Assembly (NCBI RefSeq): GCF_006345805.1
Contig: NW_021836001.1
Location: 1-25,460, forward strand
Origin: Octopus sinensis
Lineage: Eukaryota
DNA length: 25,460 bases
Direction of reading: 5' to 3'
The notes beneath the pieces were generated by a model that was not told the origin of the DNA, searched no databases, and saw only the letters and a program-made list of their open reading frames with translations. Below, in pieces: positions 1 through 10,202 of this stretch. The position numbers and the translations under genes were made by a program. Positions within the stretch are counted from its first letter, which is position 1, and the number at the start of each line of letters is the position of its first letter.

Positions 1-13
1 TAATACATTACAC

Positions 14-48
<35 letters not shown>

Positions 49-112
49 TATGCATGTAAATATATATATACATACATACATGTATAAATATATATGTATA
101 TATATATACAGG

Positions 113-143
<31 letters not shown>

Positions 144-413
144 ATGTATATATATATATACATATATACACAAATACATAATACCTATATATGTGTGTAT
201 GGTGGGGGAGAGAGTGTAGGCCTATATATCTATATAGATTTTAGTTTCCACATATTTTGCGCTTATGTGTATACATGTATTATATATTATAATATCATAT
301 ATATATATATATTATATATATATATACATATGATTTTATATATATGTATATATATATGTATATATGTTATATGTATATCTGTAGATATATATTAATATAT
401 ATTATATATTATA

Positions 414-448
<35 letters not shown>
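1..448. repeat. (TA)n/(TACA)n microsatellite field
   Basis: Direct reading of the sequence. Confidence 0.95.
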
Positions 449-452
<4 letters not shown>

Positions 453-953
453 GTACATAGCTAGATAGATTGCAAGATAGATAGAAAGACAGACATGTAG
501 AAGGCAGACAGACAGACAGGAGGCAGACAGATAGAAACGTTAAGAAAGACATGAAGTGTAAGATCAATACAAATTGAAAGAGAATCTAAAAAGAAAGAAA
601 GAATGACAGAAAGAAAGAAAGAAAGGAAGAAAGCGTAAAGAACGGTAAAAATAGAAATTGAATGAAAGAAAAGGGCAATATGAAGGAAAGTAGTGTCTGA
701 CAAGACATAATGACAATTTTGCCAAATCTTTAAAGATAAAAAATTATGCGGGGTGGGGGGGAATAAAATTGTAACAACAACAACAACAACAACGATAACA
801 ATAAAAGTGATGACGACGATGACGACGATGAAGATGACAATGACTTGAACAAATTGTGGAGTAAATTGCCTTGGAAAAGAAAAAAAAGAAGACTAAAATA
901 TAATGGCGGTTTTAGAAGATCGAGAGAAGGAAGAAAGTGAGAAAGAGGGAGAC

Positions 954-993
<40 letters not shown>

Positions 994-1300
994 GAGAGAT
1001 GAAGGGAGAGAAAGGAAGAGGGATGAGGCAAAGAAGGAGAAAAGGAGAAGAGAAGACGAGTGAGGGGGAGAGGAAGAGAGTGGACGAGGAAGAGAAAATA
1101 AGAAAGTATGTGTGTGTGAGAGAGAGAGAGAATGAGGATCGTTGAAATATTAACGCAAAGAAGAAGAAGAAAGGAAGAAACAAAAAGGAACAAAAAGGAA
1201 CAATAAAAATAAAGGAAAACAACAAAGAATGAGGATGGAATGAATGAGTGGAAAAGAGCGTGTGAGATTAGCAACAATAGAGAGGAAAGAGACAAGAATA
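449..1300. repeat. Purine-rich simple repeats (AGAT, AGAC, GAAA, GA, GAA) with a short CAA/GAT tract
   Basis: Direct reading of the sequence. Confidence 0.9.
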
Positions 1301-1310
1301 AAAGGATTCC

Positions 1311-1345
1311 AAATAATAATAATAATAATAATAGTAATAATGATA

Positions 1346-1384
<39 letters not shown>

Positions 1385-1554
1385 ATAATAATAATAATAA
1401 TAATGATAATAATGATATAAAATAATGATATGATAATGATAATAATAATCATAATGATAATAATAATGATAATGAATAATAATAATAATAATACATAATA
1501 ATAATGATATAATAATAATGTAAAATTATAATGATAATAATAATAATAATAATG

Positions 1555-1585
<31 letters not shown>

Positions 1586-2240
1586 TAATGGATATAATAT
1601 AATAATACACTTAATGATATGATAATAATAATATGATAATGATGATAATAATGAATAATGACCACACCAACGGACGATGGCGATTAAAATAGAATGATGA
1701 TGGTGGTGGTGGTGGTGGTAGTGGTGGGTGCCGTTGTCGTTTGGCGATGACGATGATGATGACAATGATGATGGTGGTTGTGTTGTGGTGGTGGTGGTGG
1801 TGGTGTGGTGGAGTGGAGGGGGTGATGGTGGTGATGGTGGTGGTGGTTGTGGTTGTTGTGGTCATGGTAAGCATGAAGATGGTGGTGGTCGTGGTGGTGG
1901 TGGTGATGGTGGTGATGGTAGTGATCATGGTCGTTGGGTGGGTGGGGGGCGTCGTCTTGATTGTGTTGTTGATAAAGACGACGATGATGATGATGATGAT
2001 GAAGAAGAAGAAAGAGAAGAAAAAGAAGAAGAAGAAAAAGAAAAAGAAGAAGAGGAAGAAGAAAGAGGAGAAGAAGGAGAAGAAGAAGTGAAGAAGAAGA
2101 AGAGGAAGAAGAAAGAGAAGAAGAAGAAGAGAAGAAGAAGAGAAGAAGAAGAAAAAGAAGAAGAAAGAGAAGAAGAACAACAACAAGAACAAGAAAAAAA
2201 ACAAGAAGAAGAAGAATAACAACAACAACAACATCAACGA
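1311..2240. repeat. Compound trinucleotide microsatellite: (AAT)n, then (GGT/GAT)n, (GAA)n, (CAA)n
   Basis: Direct reading. The poly-N/I/V/E/K ORFs here are repeat translations. Confidence 0.95.
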
Positions 2241-2989
2241 CAATATTAACAATAACACTATCAAAAGGTAAGCGATAGAGAAGGCAAAAGTGAGAATGGA
2301 AATGAAAGGTAGTCGTTTCAAATATATTATCGATCATAAAAAAAAACGAAAAAAAAAGAAAGAGAGAGAGAGGGAACCTTTTGTATATTTTGACAAATAG
2401 ACGCCGTTCACTTGTCATGGCTTCAGCCACGTGGGCAACGACCAATGTTATTCTTTGTCTCTGTTGGTGCAATCTCTCTTCTCTCATTTATTTGGCAGTT
2501 TAAAAGCCTTTGTTGAGGAAAGAAACCATTCAGAGATGACAACTTGTGCATAGAGATAGTCTATTATCACGCAAACATCTAGCCCTTCGTTTTGATTTGT
2601 TTCATTTTTTTTTCTATATTTTTGTTTCTTTTTTTGTTTTTTCCTTCTCTTTTTTGTTTTTGTTTTGTCCTTTTTCCTTCTTTTTGTTGCTTCTTCTGTT
2701 TTTTTTTTTCGCGAAGTAGCCATATTTTAAACTGCAGAAAATGGTTGCCATCTGTTGCTGACATCACTAAAAATGGTGCTGCCTCTGTCGTCTGATAGAA
2801 ATTGGCATTATAAATGCTCTGCTTTGGTTTCCACGCTCACCGTTCGCTCTCTCTCTCTTTTCTTTCATTCATATATATTCTTTTTTTTTGTTGTTTTGCT
2901 TTATTTTCTATTTTTGTATTCCTTTGTGTTTACTTTTTAATTCCGGTAACAGTTTAAATTGCTATATTCTTCACGCATATTTTAACTGG

Positions 2990-3081
2990 TTAAAAATGCG
3001 AAAATATACACGTATACACATATACATACATGAATACATACATATATACATGTATATATAGATACATATATATATGCATCA

Positions 3082-3171
<90 letters not shown>

Positions 3172-3258
3172 GCTTACATACATGCATATATGTATACATA
3201 CAAGCATATGCATATATATATGTAATATATGTATATATATATATATATATACATTATA
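2990..3258. repeat. (TA)n/(TACA)n microsatellite
   Basis: Direct reading of the sequence. Confidence 0.95.
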
Positions 3259-3381
3259 TATTTTAACCCAACATTATACATGTTAATATTTATAACTCTA
3301 TTGTTAAAATCATGTATATATATATATAGGATTTAACAATAGACTTATAAATATTAACGTGTATAATATTGGGTTAAAATA
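3259..3381. repeat. About 52-bp inverted repeat around a (TA)n loop
   Basis: Arm 3259-3311 (TATTTTAACCCAACATTATACATGTTAATATTTATAACTCTATTGTTAAAATC) is the reverse complement of 3330-3381 apart from about 3 substitutions and 1 indel. Confidence 0.9.
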
Positions 3382-3407
3382 TCCTTGTATGAAAAGAGAA
3401 ATCGAAG

Positions 3408-3476
3408 GTTACCCATGAGATGCGAACTCATGACTTCTGCGAGCAAGAAGCTTAGCTTTTAATCTTCTATACGCTA
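3408..3476 (-). mobile_element. Degenerate tRNA-like (SINE) head
   Basis: Minus strand has TAGCGTATAGAAG (A-box-like) and GAGTTCGCATCTC (B-box-like) at tRNA spacing. Confidence 0.4.
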
Positions 3477-3575
3477 TTATTTTACTTTTCTGTGGTTCGG
3501 TTTCCACCGTCAAAAAGGACATACTTCATATTCCTAGAAATATCAAAGATTCTTATAATATATGTCTATTGATAT

Positions 3576-4000
3576 GGTACACATGTGGCTGGGTGGTAAG
3601 AAGCTTGTTTGCAAGCCACATGGTTCCGGGTTCAAGTCCCAATGCGTGATAACTTGGGCAAATGTTTCCAACCATAGCCTCAGTTCTAACAAAGCCTTTT
3701 GAGTGGATTTGGTGGACGGGAACTGAAAGAAGCCCGTCGTATAAATATATATAAATATATATGTGTGTGTGTGTGTGTGTGTGTATCGTTGTGCCTTTGT
3801 TTGTGCATTACCTCCATATGATAACCGGTGTTAGTGTGTTCACGTCACAGTAACTTAGAGTCTTGGCAAAAGAGAAGGATAGAATAAGTACCTGGCTTCA
3901 AGGAAAAAGTAAGTACTGAGGTCAATTTAATCGACTCAAAATTCTTTGAAACGGTGTGCCCCAGCATGGCCGCAGTCTAATGAGTGAAGCAAATAAAAGA
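3576..4000 (+). mobile_element. tRNA-derived SINE, family A (CORE-like segment, internal TA/TG microsatellite), followed by (AAT)n
   Basis: A-box TGGCTGGGTGG, B-box GGTTCAAGTCC and CORE-like ACTTGGGCAAATGTT. Colinear over about 400 bp with the copy at 19008-19415. Confidence 0.85.
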
Positions 4001-4404
4001 TAATAATAATAATAATAATAATAATATTAATAATAATAATAATAACATATATATATATACAGAAAATGGAGAGTTTGAATACAATAAAATCAATTTATTT
4101 CCATAGCTGTCGATTACATAAGGCCTACGATCGTTTCAATATCTACTTTCATTCATTTTACAATGAATAATTGCATTATGAATTTGAAAAAGTAGAAATC
4201 TCTCCAGGGCTGAAGTCGACATATTTTTTTTACACCTTGATAGTTTGAGTGTCCATACACAGACATGCAGGAATTAAATAAACACCTTTAATTTTCAAAA
4301 TTTCTGATCTAAGTGTCTTATGTTTTTAGTGGTGTAGAATTTACAATGTAATTATTCTTTTTCATTCCAGGTGCCATTATATTAAACATTTTGGAAGAGT
4401 AACC

Positions 4405-5323
4405 ATGCCACGCACAGAAAATTCAGCAGAACTGTCACATTTTGAAAGAGATCGTATTGTTGAGCAATATAAGGCTGGCCTTAACCCGCGAAAATTTGGC
4501 GAAAATCTTCAAATTTCTCTTGCTACTGTTAATAGAATTATAATGCAATTCAAATGCCAAGGAAAAGAATCAACAGATTCTCGTACCGGCCGACCTGGGC
4601 CCTCGGAAAGGAAGCTTCACTGTTTGAAGAGAATTGTAGAAAACAAACCCCATTCGAAGGCTTCTGACATTGCAAAACAGCTAGAAGTTAGTCCGAAAAG
4701 GTGTGTTACATATCTGCATAAGCTTGGGTATTATGGACGAGCAGCTAGAAGAACCTCTCCTTCAACCAATTTATATCATGAAAAGAAAGAAATGGGCTAA
4801 GGAGATGTCAGAAAAATCCAGTTCATTTCGGGATGGAGTGATTTTCTCAGATGAATCTAAATTTGCATTATTTTCAGACAGTGGACGCGTTTGGGTCTGG
4901 AGGCTTCCCAATCAAGAATTTGATTTGAAATGACTCCAACCTATTGTGAAACATAGCGGTATCTCTGTAATTGTATGGGGAGCTGTCACCACCAATGGTT
5001 GTACCGAGCTGATCGAATGTGTTGGAACCATAAACTCTGAAAAATACATCAAAATACTTAAGCAAGGACTACTTCCGATGTATTCACACGATAACATAAC
5101 GAAAAATGAGTTTTTATTCATGGAAGATGGGGCTCCATGCCACACAGCGAAAAGGAATGAACAATAGCTGATTGAAAATGTGATTAAAAAGCTTCCTTGG
5201 CCGAGCCAATCTCCTGACATGAAGCCAATTGAAAATCTTTGGAGCATACTAGATAGAGCTATACGGAAAACTCGACAGAAACCTAAATCTAAAGATGAAT
5301 TGTTTCGGTTGTGGCGTGAAATT
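4405..5323 (+). pseudogene. Tc1-family (DD34E) transposase pseudogene, truncated at the 3' end
   Basis: N-terminal paired-like HTH (ELSHFERDRIV), GRP motif, FSDESKF, VWGA, EDGAPCH, then WPSQSPDMKPIENLW with 34 residues between the second D and the E. Frameshift near 4752; stops at 4931-4933 and 5165-5167. Confidence 0.92.
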
Positions 5324-5683
5324 TTTCAATAAAAAGATTCTCCTTGTTGATTCTTTCTTGTGTAGAGATTCTGTCTTTATAATGGTAGAAAGGGAATATG
5401 TGAAATTTGGGATTTTTATCTCTAGCGCTAGAGTCTATGTGGCTACTGAGTGGAATTTGACGGTATTGTGGGAGATTTATCTGTACTTTATGGACTGCTA
5501 CGCTTCTGCGTAAAGGAAGGCTCGTTTGTCCAACATAATTGTGTTGGCAGCCGGCGCATGTGAGGACGTAGATGAGGTTCTCGGAGGAACAGAAGTTGGT
5601 CTTGAGTTTAAACATTGTCCCTTGTTTGAAAGTAAATTCAGAGCCTTCAAGTAGGAAGGGGCAGGTACCACAGCTAGGGCGTC

Positions 5684-5684
<1 letters not shown>
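5319..5684 (-). mobile_element. Penelope-like element (PLE) GIY-YIG endonuclease fragment with Cys-rich linker, Neptune-like
   Basis: One open minus frame: RRPSCGTCPFLLEGSEFTFKQGTMFKLKTNFCSSENLIYVLTCAGCQHNYVGQT...H...PLSSH...IFPFY...RINKENLFIEKF. It carries the LIY/YVG (GIY-YIG) motifs and the CxxC linker of C-terminal PLE endonucleases, and its 5' side ends at (TA)n. Confidence 0.85.
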
Positions 5685-5751
<67 letters not shown>

Positions 5752-5862
5752 ACATATAAGGGACGGCCATAATAGGACATCCGACTCACTAGAAAGAACA
5801 GCCAAACTCCAAACCACTAATAGTTGTAATTCTGAAATGGAAAGAGAAATAAAAACATTTAC

Positions 5863-5964
5863 CCTTTCCTTTTATGGACTATGCATAGTTTCGACAATCT
5901 TTAGTAAATAAATTAATTTAATTAATTTATCACTGACGTTGTCTCGTCAGCAGAAAAGCCAAGG
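5863..5964 (-). ncRNA. Type I hammerhead ribozyme HHR1
   Basis: Minus strand: CTTTTCTG-CTGACGA-GACAA[AT-rich hairpin]TTGTC-GAAA-CTATGCATAG-TC^CATAAAAG. Palindromic stem III (ACTATGCATAGT), GUC triplet, stem I 7/8 paired plus an outer CCTT/AAGG helix. Confidence 0.85.
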
Positions 5965-6326
5965 ACCAACATATATACACGAGGCGATGGTAAACGTGCC
6001 TCGCGTCTATATGCTATAAATATTCAAAATCCACCACGTTAGCGCGGTTTACTCAGCAGTAAATATAAACTGCCGATTTACTTTCAAAATTAGCCAAAAA
6101 ATCATTAATTAATAAATTTTAGGGTAGCAAAAAATTCTAGAAAAATTCTCCCCTACCAGCGCTCAAGTGAGAGATAAAAAATAGTCAATAGACTATATAA
6201 TATAATATATATTCAAACATATAAGGGACGGCCATAATAGGACATCCGACTCACTAGAAAGAGCAGCCAAACTCCAAACCACTAATTCTGTAATTCTGAA
6301 ATGGAAAGAGAAATAAAAACGTTTAC

Positions 6327-6432
6327 CCTTTCCTTTCCTGGACTATGCATAGTTTCGACAATCTTTAGTAAATAAATTAATTTAATTAATTTATTTATCA
6401 CTGGCGTTGTCTCGTCAGCAGAAAAGCCAAGG
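6327..6432 (-). ncRNA. Type I hammerhead ribozyme HHR2
   Basis: Same core as HHR1. Stem I CTTTTCTG/CAGGAAAG is fully paired (one G-U). Cleavage predicted between 6341 and 6340. Confidence 0.88.
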
Positions 6433-6515
6433 ACAACATATAACCATATATATATTATATATATATATATTATATATATATATATATGTTATATATATAT
6501 ATATATATAATATAT

Positions 6516-6559
<44 letters not shown>

Positions 6560-6626
6560 GGAGTAAATCCAAACTTACAGGGAAAAATTAGAATTAGGAT
6601 TAAATCTAATTTTACAGTATAAATAT

Positions 6627-7043
6627 AAATTAAATTAGAGATAAACCACTTATTAGGCAAATCGAACAGTGGAAAAAATAAACCAAAACATAGAAACAAA
6701 ATTATTAATATAATATACAAAATATATAAAATATAAAATTCAAAATTTAAAGTATTTAAATTATATTATATCTTATATTAAACTTTTTAATACGTTTTGA
6801 TAGTTATATATATTTAATAAAAAAGGAAAACAAAATAAAAATAATAAAAAAAAAAATATATATATATATAAATTTATAAATATAAATTAATAATTTTAAA
6901 TTTTTACTTTAAATTTAAATAATTTAAATTTTGAATTTTATATTTTATATATTTTGTATATTATATTTATTAATTTTATTTATATGCTTTGGTTTAAGTC
7001 TTTCACTGTTTGATTTGCCTAATAGTGGTTTTATCTCTAATTT

Positions 7044-7046
<3 letters not shown>
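6627..7046. repeat. About 65-bp inverted repeat (6627-6692 / 6983-7046) around an extremely AT-rich spacer
   Basis: TTAGAGATAAACCACTTATTAGGCAAATCGAACAGTGG versus TTTCACTGTTTGATTTGCCTAATAGTGGTTTTATCTCTAA. Confidence 0.75.
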
Positions 7047-7077
<31 letters not shown>

Positions 7078-7204
7078 ACTTATAAAATAAGGGCAAAAGA
7101 AAAATTCAAATGCCAAACATGCCGAAAACAGACAAACTGTCAATAACCATTATAATTTATGCGTCTTGGAACAAGCCGATAGAAATTTCTAAAAAATTCC
7201 GTTA

Positions 7205-7264
7205 TTACCTATTGGTCCCAATTTCAGAGTTAATTCATAAGAATTTTCTCCTCCTCAGCGATAA
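7205..7264 (-). ncRNA. Degenerate type I hammerhead ribozyme HHR3
   Basis: Minus strand: TTATCG-CTGAGGA-GGAG-AA-AATTC-TTAT-GAATT-AA-CTCT-GAAA-TTGG-GA-CCAA-TA^GGTAA. Stems II and III form, but stem I is out of register by 1 nt. Confidence 0.55.
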
Positions 7265-7381
7265 ATACGTAAGATATAAATGAATTTATGTTGTGATGCA
7301 TATGCCTGGCGTACCTTTATCAGAGAGGGCTTCCTATATTTTACTCCAATGTCACTTTGATGGCATGCACTGCTTCCTCAC

Positions 7382-7444
<63 letters not shown>

Positions 7445-7445
<1 letters not shown>

Positions 7446-7665
7446 GGGCCCAAAGTAATCCCAAGGTTTGAAACAAACTTTTTTTTTTTTAATCTTTTTA
7501 TTTTATTTTTTATTTTTTAAATTTTTATGTATTAGACATTCACTAGTACAACACCAAAAAAACCCCCAAATATATGGCACAGAACTTCCAACCTGTTGTC
7601 TCTTGAGGTCTCTGGGTGAGACTTGGAGCCAACTTGTACAGACATAAAGCAAAAGTCAAACATAG
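7445..7665 (+). mobile_element. Short insert between two (AAT)n tracts, probably the 3' UTR of a 5'-truncated TAA-associated retroelement
   Basis: Non-repetitive segment ending ...GCAAAAGTCAAACATAG directly into (AAT)n, the same architecture as the LINE end at 9017. No coding evidence. Confidence 0.35.
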
Positions 7666-7682
7666 AATAATAATAATAATAA

Positions 7683-7903
7683 TTATCCTTTTTACCATAG
7701 GCGCAAGGCCTGAAATTTTGAGTAGGGGTGGACTAGTCGATTATATCAAGCCTAGTATTTCCCTGGGTATTTAGTTTATCGACCCCGAAAGGATGAAAAG
7801 CAAAGTTGACCTCAGCGGAATTTGAACTCAGAATGTGAATACAGACAAATTCGCGCTGAGCAATTTTCCCGGCGTGCTAGTGATCCTGGCAGCTCGTCGA
7901 CTT
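7683..7903 (-). mobile_element. tRNA-derived SINE, family B (Deu/Nin-like core), tail type 1 ending in (ATT)n
   Basis: Reverse complement of GAGTTCAAATTCCGC (B-box) and GCTTTTCATCCTTTCGGGGTCGATAAA (core). Homologous to 9088-9300, 18383-18618 and 20487-20723. Confidence 0.85.
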
Positions 7904-7910
7904 AATAACG

Positions 7911-7980
<70 letters not shown>

Positions 7981-7986
7981 TAATAA

Positions 7987-8069
<83 letters not shown>

Positions 8070-8071
<2 letters not shown>

Positions 8072-9016
8072 AGCAAAAGCCGCCAACAAAAAGTCAACCA
8101 TTTGTTAATCATGGATGACCTCAAACTTTATGGTAAAGATGAAGCCCAAGTCGGTTCCCTCGTTGATACGGTGTATACTTTCTGTGCAGATATCGGAATG
8201 GAGTTCGGACTGAGAAAGTCTGGTGTGTTCAGAGAAAAAAGATAGCTGTGGATGACTAAAAGTGATATAAAACCGGACACAGAGGCTCTAATCTGTGCTG
8301 CCCAAGAGCAAGCACTAAGAACAAACTACATAAAATACAGAATAGACAAAATAGCAAAAAGTGATAAGTGCAGAATATGTGGACAAAATGGTGAAACTGT
8401 ATGGTATATTACTAACCAATGTACGCCACTAGCCCAGAAGGAATAGCAGAGACGCCACGACAATATAGCCAGGCGTGTCCATTGGACACTTTGCAACAAG
8501 TATGGATTTGACAGAGCAAAAAATTGGTACCACCACAATCCTGAAGGCATCGTCGAAACTTTAAAATGCAAAGATCCTATGGAATTTTAGGATTCAGTGC
8601 GACCCTGAGATAGAGAATAGGAAGCCTGGCATAGTCTTAATTGAGAAAGAGAATAAACTATGCTGGATCATTGATATAGCATGCCCAGCTGACAGCATGG
8701 TATGCGATAAGGAAGAAAGAAAAGTCGAGAGATGTGGCAGGTTAGCTTGGGAAGTTAAGCAGTTGTGGTCGATGAAAAAGATAGCAGTAGTACCAATAAC
8801 TGTCGGAGCCCTGGAAACAGTGGGCAAAAATCTCGAGAAGTACGTGGAACAACTAGGGGCTGCGATAAGGTTGGAGCACTTGCAGAAAACAGTACTGCTT
8901 GGAACTGTTCGAATACTCCGGAAGGTACTCGAGAAATAAGTGCTGTTACCTTAGTTCACTTGTAGTGAGCAGCTGATACAGTAATACAACGCCAGCGTCA
9001 GAAGCTGTGCAAAGGC

Positions 9017-9017
<1 letters not shown>
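8070..9017 (+). pseudogene. R4/Dong-clade non-LTR retrotransposon remnant (RT fragment, CCHC knuckle, restriction-like endonuclease), 5'-truncated and internally deleted
   Basis: HLLIMDDLKLY (RT YxDD box), ETE-like KPDTEALICAAQEQAL, CRICGQNGETVWYITNQC, RRHDNIA, ILWNF..RKPGIV..IIDIACP, VVPITVGALETV, LQKTVLLGTVRILRKVL*, then a short 3' UTR and (AAT)n. Confidence 0.88.
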
Positions 9018-9078
<61 letters not shown>

Positions 9079-9087
9079 TTATAATAA

Positions 9088-9300
9088 TAATCCTTTATAT
9101 ACTATTGGCACGAGGCCTATAAATTTGGGGTATATGTCTAGTCAATTACATTGACCATGATGTTCAAACTGGTACTTGTTTTATCGACCCTGAAATGATG
9201 AAGTGGCAAAGTCAATCACGGCGAAATTTGAACTCAGAACAGCAAAATGCTTAGCAGTATTTAGTCCGGCGTGCTAACGATTCTGCCATCTCGACGCCTT
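9088..9300 (-). mobile_element. tRNA-derived SINE, family B, tail type 1
   Basis: Homologous to 7683-7903 including the GGCCTCGTGCC..AAAGGATTATT tail. Confidence 0.85.
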
Positions 9301-9304
9301 AATG

Positions 9305-9533
9305 ACGACATCAACAACAAAATATTATAACAGCAACAAAAACACCCCAACAAACAATAACAACAGCAGCACTCAGCGAGTACTATCACCTACATGACAA
9401 CAACCACCACCAACAGAGAGAGACCATCACCATCATCATCATTAGCATCATCATCATCATCATCACCGTGATCGTCATCGTCATTATGGGTATCACTACC
9501 ACCACTACCACCACACCAGCAACAATGATAATG

Positions 9534-9627
<94 letters not shown>

Positions 9628-9712
9628 TTGATGATGATGATGATGATGATGATGATGAGGATGATGATAATATAATATATAATAATAATAATAATAATAA
9701 ATAATAATAATA

Positions 9713-9750
<38 letters not shown>

Positions 9751-9779
9751 TGATGATGATGATATGATGAATAATGAAG

Positions 9780-9858
<79 letters not shown>

Positions 9859-9859
9859 A

Positions 9860-9909
<50 letters not shown>

Positions 9910-9933
9910 GGATGGATGATATGATATGATATG

Positions 9934-9982
<49 letters not shown>

Positions 9983-10163
9983 TGATGATGATGATGATGA
10001 TGATGTGATAATAATAATAATAATAATAATAATAAAATAATAATAATAATAATAATATGAATGATGATGATGATGATGATATGATATGATATATAATAAT
10101 AATAAAATAATAATAATAATATAATATAATAATGAGATGATGATGATGATGATGATGATGATG

Positions 10164-10202
<39 letters not shown>

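Larger units (their letters stand above)
5746..6440 (-). mobile_element. Non-coding HHR-bearing element: direct repeats 5746-5973 and 6207-6440 (period about 461-464 bp), flanked by (TA)n
   Basis: Two copies about 95% identical, both starting ATTCAAACATATAAGGGACGGCC on the + strand. Each contains an HHR motif. Confidence 0.85.

Noticed and set aside
2480-2560. Polypyrimidine tract plus GCAG acceptor
   Set aside because: No suitable donor, and the best frame stops after about 17 codons.
126-3286. Many ORF-track entries of 60-270 aa, and similar ones throughout 9386-14755 and 21668-24790
   Set aside because: They are translations of microsatellites (poly-YI, -N, -H, -G, -V, -E) with no domain content.
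4059-4404. Possible left TIR (TA-CAG) and 5' UTR splice acceptor of the Tc1 element
   Set aside because: The right end is missing, so the TIR cannot be confirmed from this window.
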